Shown: one piece after another, positions 34,428 to 38,827 of the stretch
How positions within the stretch are numbered: position 1 is the first letter of the stretch
Layout: each line of letters begins with the position of its first letter
Source of the DNA: a virus
Taxonomy: Duplodnaviria; Caudoviricetes
IMG/VR virus record: IMGVR_UViG_3300021438_000035
Coordinates: 1 to 38,827 of that record
DNA length: 38,827 nucleotides
Reading direction: 5' to 3' (one strand)
Notes under the pieces: model-generated
Databases searched by the model: none
The model's input: the letters and a program-made list of their open reading frames with translations, nothing else
What the model was told of the DNA's origin: nothing
Translations under genes and position numbers: made by a program

Positions 34428-36653
34428 TCAGGCGAGGTCATCGAACGTGCGATTAAATGCGGATTGGCCCAACGCGCAATTTTCTGCATTTCCCCAAACC
34501 TTCAGACGATGGGTGCCATCACGCACCTGAGTCTTCGAGTAGCCCAGCCCGCGCAAGATGCGACCAACCCTCAACTCGTCTTTTCGTGCGAGTTGCTGCA
34601 CATTCATCCCCAACGCGCCTTGCATAAGGCTCGTGATTTTGAATAGTGTCTGGCCCTGCTTGACGCTCGTGCCGTCCGTGCCGAAGCTGTCCTCAGCCAG
34701 CCAATGGCGAATCGCCTCCTCCCACGGGTCACTGATTGTGTGCTCGGCATGTACCGCCCCGGCGAGCTGCTGGGCCTCACGGAACTGCACACCGCCCTCA
34801 CGAAAGCGCGCAGCGCCCTCGGCCCACAGCTGCAGCAAGTCGGCCTTGATGCCTGCGAGGTCAACGTCACGCACGCGCAACGGCAGCCACCGGCGGTTGC
34901 CTGTCTCGTCGGCCAAGAACTCGTCGTTGTTGGTGGTGCCGATGAAGACCAAGCGCCGTGGGAACTTGGTGCTGAACTCCTTGTACTTGGGCACCCACTC
35001 CTCGTGCGTGCGAGTGACGAACGCCTTGACGTGCTCAATCTCACGCGAGTGCAGGCCGCGCAGCTCACCGATTTCGCCGATGAGCTTGCCGCGCATGCGC
35101 CGGGCCATCTCCACCTCGTTGTCGTCGAGCTTGACCTCCATGAAGTGGTTGGGGTCCATCACCATCGCGGCCACGCCAGTGGACTTGCCTACACCTTGGT
35201 CGCCCACCAGAATGGGCACCATGTCGGCCTTCACGCCCGGCTGAATGACACGGCCCGCCATCGCGGTCCAGATATACAGGCCACAGCTCTTGGCGTAGTC
35301 GCTGTGCTCGGTGTTGAAATACTTGGTCCAAAACTCCTCGATACGCGGCACGCCGTCCCACTCCAAGCGCTCGAGCCAGAGCTGCGCGCTGTCGAACTTG
35401 TTGTCGTCGGCCACGAGCCCCACCACGTCGCGGATGAGTTCACGGCCAATGGGCTTGAAGCCACCCGCCTCCAACCTGACACGCAGCCGGACGTAGTCAG
35501 CGTCAGTGAAGTTGCGCCAGTCGGTGGTCTTCCACGGTGCGAGCATCAGCTCGTCGTTGAAGGCGTCGTAGCCCACATGCACGTCACACACATCAGCACG
35601 ACGCAGTGCGAGTTGCAGGTTGCCCACGGTGGAGAGAATCTCGCCCTGTCGGTTGCGCTCGAACGCAGGCAACAAGAGCGGCAGCTCAGTGTCACCGGGC
35701 TTGGGCTCGATGACTGCGAAGTCCTCGGTCACATAGCCCACGGCCTCGATGAAGTCACCGTCGGTGCGGTGCTCGCAGTGCGCGTGCAGGCAACGAAAGT
35801 GGCCCTGCTCGAAGCCACCCACGCCAGCCGGGAAGTACGACGTGGCCGACTCCGCGCTGTCGCTGGTGTGCTCATCCTCCCAAGGGCATGCGATGTGAGC
35901 GCGACCCTGTGAGTCAAAGGACTTGACCCAGCCGGTGCGCTCGAGGAAGGTGAGCACGTCATCATCGACGTCGGCCGAGTCGCGTGCCACCTTGGGCCGT
36001 GCGCCGGGTCCGCGTGCAATGCTGGCGCTGATACCGTACACGTCCTGCAGCGACTGCCACAAGGCCTCGAACTCGTCGCGTGAGAGGTAAGGGATTTCGT
36101 CAGGCAGGCCTCCCTCCCACTCGTAGCGTGAGCCCGAGGGGTGCGTGCCGATGGCGATGAACTGCTGGCCGTTGGCCAAGAACTCGATGGCGCCTTGCTC
36201 GGTGCGGATGATGCGCTTGGTGAACGGACCGGGCATGCGAAACGCGAGCAAGAACTTGGAGCTGTTGCCCCGGCACCGCGCAGGCAAGGCGCCCACGTTG
36301 AGCTCGATGGCGTCGCGCACCTTGGCGGCCAGTGCTGGGTCACCGATGTCGACGTCGATGGCTCGCACCTCGCGCGTCTGGATGCAAATGCCGAGGTCGC
36401 TGTCGCGCTGGTACCGGGCGATGTCCCGGTCGGTGGTCTGGTTGTCGGTCCACTGCGGTATGCCCACGACATGGCGGTCGCCGTTGTAGCGGCTGGGCGT
36501 CTTGCCGATGTCCTTCATCTTGGACTTCGGGGACACCGTGGCGTTGGGGTTACTGACGACCGGCAGTAGGTCGGCTTGCAGACCGAGGTGGTCCGCGAGG
36601 TGCGCCCAGTCAGAGGGCGCTGCGCCGTAGGCGGCGCTTGTTGTTGCTGTCAT
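34428..36653 (-). CDS. Primase-helicase: Prim-Pol-like N-terminus plus VirE/VapE-like P-loop domain
   Basis: AIDVDI, GTHPSG, CPW...H...CLHAHC Zn module, Walker A (GDQGVGKS), GTTN..EFL.DETGNRRW. Confidence 0.9.
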   Translation of the reverse strand: MTATTSAAYGAAPSDWAHLADHLGLQADLLPVVSNPNATVSPKSKMKDIGKTPSRYNGDRHVVGIPQWTDNQTTDRDIARYQRDSDLGICIQTREVRAIDVDIGDPALAAKVRDAIELNVGALPARCRGNSSKFLLAFRMPGPFTKRIIRTEQGAIEFLANGQQFIAIGTHPSGSRYEWEGGLPDEIPYLSRDEFEALWQSLQDVYGISASIARGPGARPKVARDSADVDDDVLTFLERTGWVKSFDSQGRAHIACPWEDEHTSDSAESATSYFPAGVGGFEQGHFRCLHAHCEHRTDGDFIEAVGYVTEDFAVIEPKPGDTELPLLLPAFERNRQGEILSTVGNLQLALRRADVCDVHVGYDAFNDELMLAPWKTTDWRNFTDADYVRLRVRLEAGGFKPIGRELIRDVVGLVADDNKFDSAQLWLERLEWDGVPRIEEFWTKYFNTEHSDYAKSCGLYIWTAMAGRVIQPGVKADMVPILVGDQGVGKSTGVAAMVMDPNHFMEVKLDDNEVEMARRMRGKLIGEIGELRGLHSREIEHVKAFVTRTHEEWVPKYKEFSTKFPRRLVFIGTTNNDEFLADETGNRRWLPLRVRDVDLAGIKADLLQLWAEGAARFREGGVQFREAQQLAGAVHAEHTISDPWEEAIRHWLAEDSFGTDGTSVKQGQTLFKITSLMQGALGMNVQQLARKDELRVGRILRGLGYSKTQVRDGTHRLKVWGNAENCALGQSAFNRTFDDLA

Positions 36654-36673
36654 TCTGTACTGCCTAGTGTTGC

Positions 36674-36877
36674 TTATTGGGTGACGAACTCTTCGACGCG
36701 ACGGGCAAACGAGCCGAGCACGTCGCTGCTCATATCGCTGCACGCCTCCATCCACAGCCGGTCGATGTCGTCTGCCGACAGGCGGCGGGCTTCGCGCAAG
36801 GCGAAGAGGGCCACCGTCACGCCGATGCCAACACCACCACCCAACATGAAGGCCACGAAAATTTGTAGTCCGCTCAT
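36674..36877 (-). CDS. Small membrane protein
   Basis: N-terminal TM helix; ATGA overlap with cro. Confidence 0.6.
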   Translation of the reverse strand: MSGLQIFVAFMLGGGVGIGVTVALFALREARRLSADDIDRLWMEACSDMSSDVLGSFARRVEEFVTQ

Positions 36878-37206
36878 ATCGCGCCGCCTTCCGTGTCGTC
36901 GGCTGGCAGGTACTGGAAGTCACTGCGCACAGCGGCAGCGCCTAAGCACTTCTGCGCAAACTCACACGCACGGCACGAGGCGTTGAGGTCTGTGCGATAC
37001 ACCGCTGGCAGCTTGCCCTTGGTCTCCTTGCTCATGGCCAGCGTCACCTGCTCGATGCGCTTGGCCAAGTCAGGGCTGGCGTCACGAAAGCGACCCGCGA
37101 GGTGGTAGAGGTAAGGGCGCGAGGTCGAGGCACGCTGGGCCAGCTCGGCTTGTTGGGCGGGGTTTGCGGCTTGCATCCACGCCTTCATTGAGGACATTAC
37201 GGTCAT
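36874..37206 (-). CDS. cro: Cro-like HTH regulator with a C-terminal Cys cluster
   Basis: QAELAQRASTSRPYLYHLA...ASPDLAKRIE; divergent from the repressor; CRACEFAQKC. Confidence 0.75.
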   Translation of the reverse strand: MTVMSSMKAWMQAANPAQQAELAQRASTSRPYLYHLAGRFRDASPDLAKRIEQVTLAMSKETKGKLPAVYRTDLNASCRACEFAQKCLGAAAVRSDFQYLPADDTEGGAI

Positions 37207-37232
37207 AAAAACTCCAGTTATACAAGCGCGCG

Positions 37233-37261
37233 AGTTTACTATTTGCTAAAGGCTTTCGCAA
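37233..37261 (-). promoter_or_regulatory. Lytic promoter TTGCGA-N17-TAAACT overlapped by an operator (37235-37250)
   Basis: Same architecture as 37931-37959; the - strand operator reads TTTAGCA-AA-TAGTAAA. Confidence 0.65.
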
Positions 37262-37262
37262 C

Positions 37263-37291
37263 TTGCAAAGGCGGTAAAGTTGTGGCACTGT
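37263..37291 (+). promoter_or_regulatory. Candidate repressor promoter TTGCAA-N17-CACTGT (with TG extension)
   Basis: The predicted +1 falls on ATG 37298; no SD upstream of the repressor; the -10 is weak. Confidence 0.4.
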
Positions 37292-37297
37292 TGCGAA

Positions 37298-37711
37298 ATG
37301 CCAACGACTTTCGACACTCGGCGCACCAACCTGCGCAGGCTCATGGAGCAGTGGGGCGGCCCGACATCACTGGCGGCCAAGCTGGGCCACAGCAACGGCT
37401 CGTACATGGCCCAGCTCGCCGGGCCCCACCCCACTCGCGACGTGAGCGAGAAGGTCGCACGTCAGATTGAATTGACCCTTGGGCTACCGCCCAACTGGAT
37501 GGATGTACGCCACCGCCCCACCCCCACGGAGCCCAACACCTCGGTGTTGATCGACGTGGTGGCCGCGGTGACGGACGTCTTGCAAAGTGAGGGGGTCAAG
37601 CTGCGGCGTGACAAGTTCACCGAGCTGGTAAACCTCACGTATGAGCGGGCCAGTGACACAGGCTCTATCGACCAGATATATCTGCAGCGTCTGGTGCGTT
37701 TGTTGAAATAA
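37298..37711 (+). CDS. cI: CI-like repressor lacking an S24 autoprotease domain
   Basis: RRTNLRRLMEQWGG...LAAKLG...VSEKVARQIELTLGLPPNWMD HTH; short helical C-terminus; divergent from cro. Confidence 0.8.
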   Translation: MPTTFDTRRTNLRRLMEQWGGPTSLAAKLGHSNGSYMAQLAGPHPTRDVSEKVARQIELTLGLPPNWMDVRHRPTPTEPNTSVLIDVVAAVTDVLQSEGVKLRRDKFTELVNLTYERASDTGSIDQIYLQRLVRLLK

Positions 37712-37734
37712 GAAAAAGAAGGGAGAGCAGCAAA

Positions 37735-37884
37735 ATGCAACGGGAAGCAATACGTCAGCGGATTCAATATTTGATTGAACACGGCGGCCTGCACCAGCAG
37801 GAAGGCCCCAACCTTCGGCAGCGCGCCATCTTCTGGCTGCTAGTGGTCGTTGTCACCCTGCAACTGGTTGACCTGTTGCGCTGA
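37735..37884 (+). CDS. 49-aa membrane protein downstream of the repressor
   Basis: AAGGGAG RBS; MQREAIRQRIQYLIEHGG...AIFWLLVVVVTLQLVDLLR; lies before the terminator. Confidence 0.6.
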   Translation: MQREAIRQRIQYLIEHGGLHQQEGPNLRQRAIFWLLVVVVTLQLVDLLR

Positions 37885-37901
37885 CGCCACACAATTTAAA
37901 T

Positions 37902-37929
37902 AAAGCCCCACTAAGTCGTGGGGTTTTTT
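37902..37929 (+). terminator. Intrinsic terminator GCCCCAC-TAAGTC-GTGGGGT-TTTTT
   Basis: Stem-loop plus T-tract closing the repressor operon. Confidence 0.85.
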
Positions 37930-37930
37930 A

Positions 37931-37959
37931 TTGTACTGCGTTTTAGCATGTGCTAAAGT
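37931..37959 (+). promoter_or_regulatory. Early promoter TTGTAC-N17-TAAAGT containing the operator TTTAGCATGTGCTAAA (37942-37957)
   Basis: Sigma70-like spacing; operator identical to 2027-2042. Confidence 0.8.
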
Positions 37960-37990
37960 CAAGCCATCAACAACGCAACAGGAGTACAGC

Positions 37991-38230
37991 ATGAAATACA
38001 CCGACTACCAACTTCCAAAGACCCGCGCATGGCTCGACGCCAAGATCGATGTGGTGATGAACCGCACAGGTTGCGACAAGGCCAAGGCCATCGCAGCGCT
38101 CGAGGCTGAAGAGTGGGACATCAGCGACGCCATCGTCGACATCCTCGCCGAGACACGCAAGCCCAGCGCGCAGACCCTCATGGCCGCCGCCCAAGCGATG
38201 GGCAAATTGCAAATCGTTCACATCGGATAA
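37991..38230 (+). CDS. Early protein with a UBA-like three-helix motif
   Basis: AGGAG RBS; KIDVVMNRTGCDKAKAIAALEAEEWDISDAIVDI. Confidence 0.7.
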   Translation: MKYTDYQLPKTRAWLDAKIDVVMNRTGCDKAKAIAALEAEEWDISDAIVDILAETRKPSAQTLMAAAQAMGKLQIVHIG

Positions 38231-38240
38231 GGAGCCCACC

Positions 38241-38402
38241 ATGTTTACTTACGTCGCCTTCTACAAAAACAAACAGATCACCGTCAAAGCCCTGCGTTCA
38301 TACGACGCGCAACTGCTGGCAGCCAAACAGTTCAAGGCCAAGAAGTCTTACGAAGTGACCGTCGTCCTCGCCGACAAACCGGTCCACCCAGCCAGCATCT
38401 AA
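38241..38402 (+). CDS. 53-aa basic early protein
   Basis: TAAGGAG RBS; MFTYVAFYKNKQITVKALRSYDAQLLAAKQFKAKKSYEVTVVLADKPVHPASI (translated by hand). Confidence 0.75.
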   Translation: MFTYVAFYKNKQITVKALRSYDAQLLAAKQFKAKKSYEVTVVLADKPVHPASI

Positions 38403-38412
38403 GGAGCACACC

Positions 38413-38769
38413 ATGAGCATTGACATCTCTGACGTTGAACTGGGCTACGTCGACGCAGCCCTCTGGTCGAGCACACACGACGACGGCGAGCCGCTCGACG
38501 TGATGGGCGTCGAAGCCATCCACCCTGACACCCGCAAGGCGATGCTGGCCGACGTGACGGCCTTCGTGAAGAAGAACCGCTCGCTGCTGATTGCCTCGGG
38601 CTTGCAAGACGCGCAGGTTGGCCACGACTTCTGGCTCACCCGCAACCGCCACGGCGCCGGCTTCTGGGACCGTGGCCTCGGCGCCATCGGCCAGCAGCTC
38701 ACCGATGCCTGCCATCCCTTCGGCGAAGTTTATTTGTATGTCGGCGATGACGGAAAGATTCACCAATGA
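38413..38769 (+). CDS. Conserved hypothetical early phage protein
   Basis: TAAGGAG RBS; GHDFWLTRNRHGAGFWDR motif. Confidence 0.8.
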   Translation: MSIDISDVELGYVDAALWSSTHDDGEPLDVMGVEAIHPDTRKAMLADVTAFVKKNRSLLIASGLQDAQVGHDFWLTRNRHGAGFWDRGLGAIGQQLTDACHPFGEVYLYVGDDGKIHQ

Positions 38770-38827
38770 CCGTGTGGCCCTTTCCCCCTCACCCACTGCC
38801 CACACCCGCACGCAACAACCCACCCAA
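38766..38827 (+). CDS. Start of a further early gene (MTVWPFPP...), truncated by the window edge
   Basis: ATGA overlap with the previous gene; open to the end of the window. Confidence 0.45.
   Translation, partial: MTVWPFPPHPLPTPARNNPP

Noticed and set aside
36654-36923. 90-aa N-terminal extension of the primase ORF given in the ORF track
   Set aside because: It overlaps the 36674-36877 gene and the end of cro; ATG 36653 is the more plausible start
37254-37298. 9-bp inverted repeat TTTCGCAAC/GTTGCGAAA in the switch region as a separate operator
   Set aside because: The 27-bp spacing is too long for one dimer site and there are no other copies; these may just be degenerate half-sites
1-38827. 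Integrase, parAB, CRISPR array, tRNA or rRNA genes
   Set aside because: No recognisable motifs or regularly spaced repeats were found by eye; a few kb of the genome lie outside the window and cannot be assessed

Overview
This window is a near-complete genome of a temperate, GC-rich BPP-1/APSE-like podophage. The host is probably a proteobacterium, and betaproteobacterial is a guess. The window is cut inside the early region: it starts inside a family-A DNA polymerase and ends in small early genes. The + strand carries replication and accessory genes (PolA, VRR-NUC nuclease, SNF2-like helicase, TraR-like Zn finger). The - strand carries cro, a Prim-Pol/VirE primase-helicase, terminase, portal, capsid, tail, ejection proteins (including a 2858-aa polyvalent protein), tail fibre and lysis genes. 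A divergent cI/cro switch is present, but no integrase or partition gene is visible in the window. Where the two arms meet there is instead a 28-bp dif-like XerC/XerD site (6964-6991). It lies directly upstream of an operator-flanked HTH + DUF3653-like (XafT-like) gene. This suggests a tailed dsDNA phage that lysogenises by hijacking host XerCD at dif. Two regulatory motifs were read directly from the sequence: a TTTAGCA-N2-TGCTAAA operator on early promoters and a G(T/G)GCGGATAAC-N15-(-10) late promoter. All protein assignments come from motif recognition and gene order. No database searches were run.
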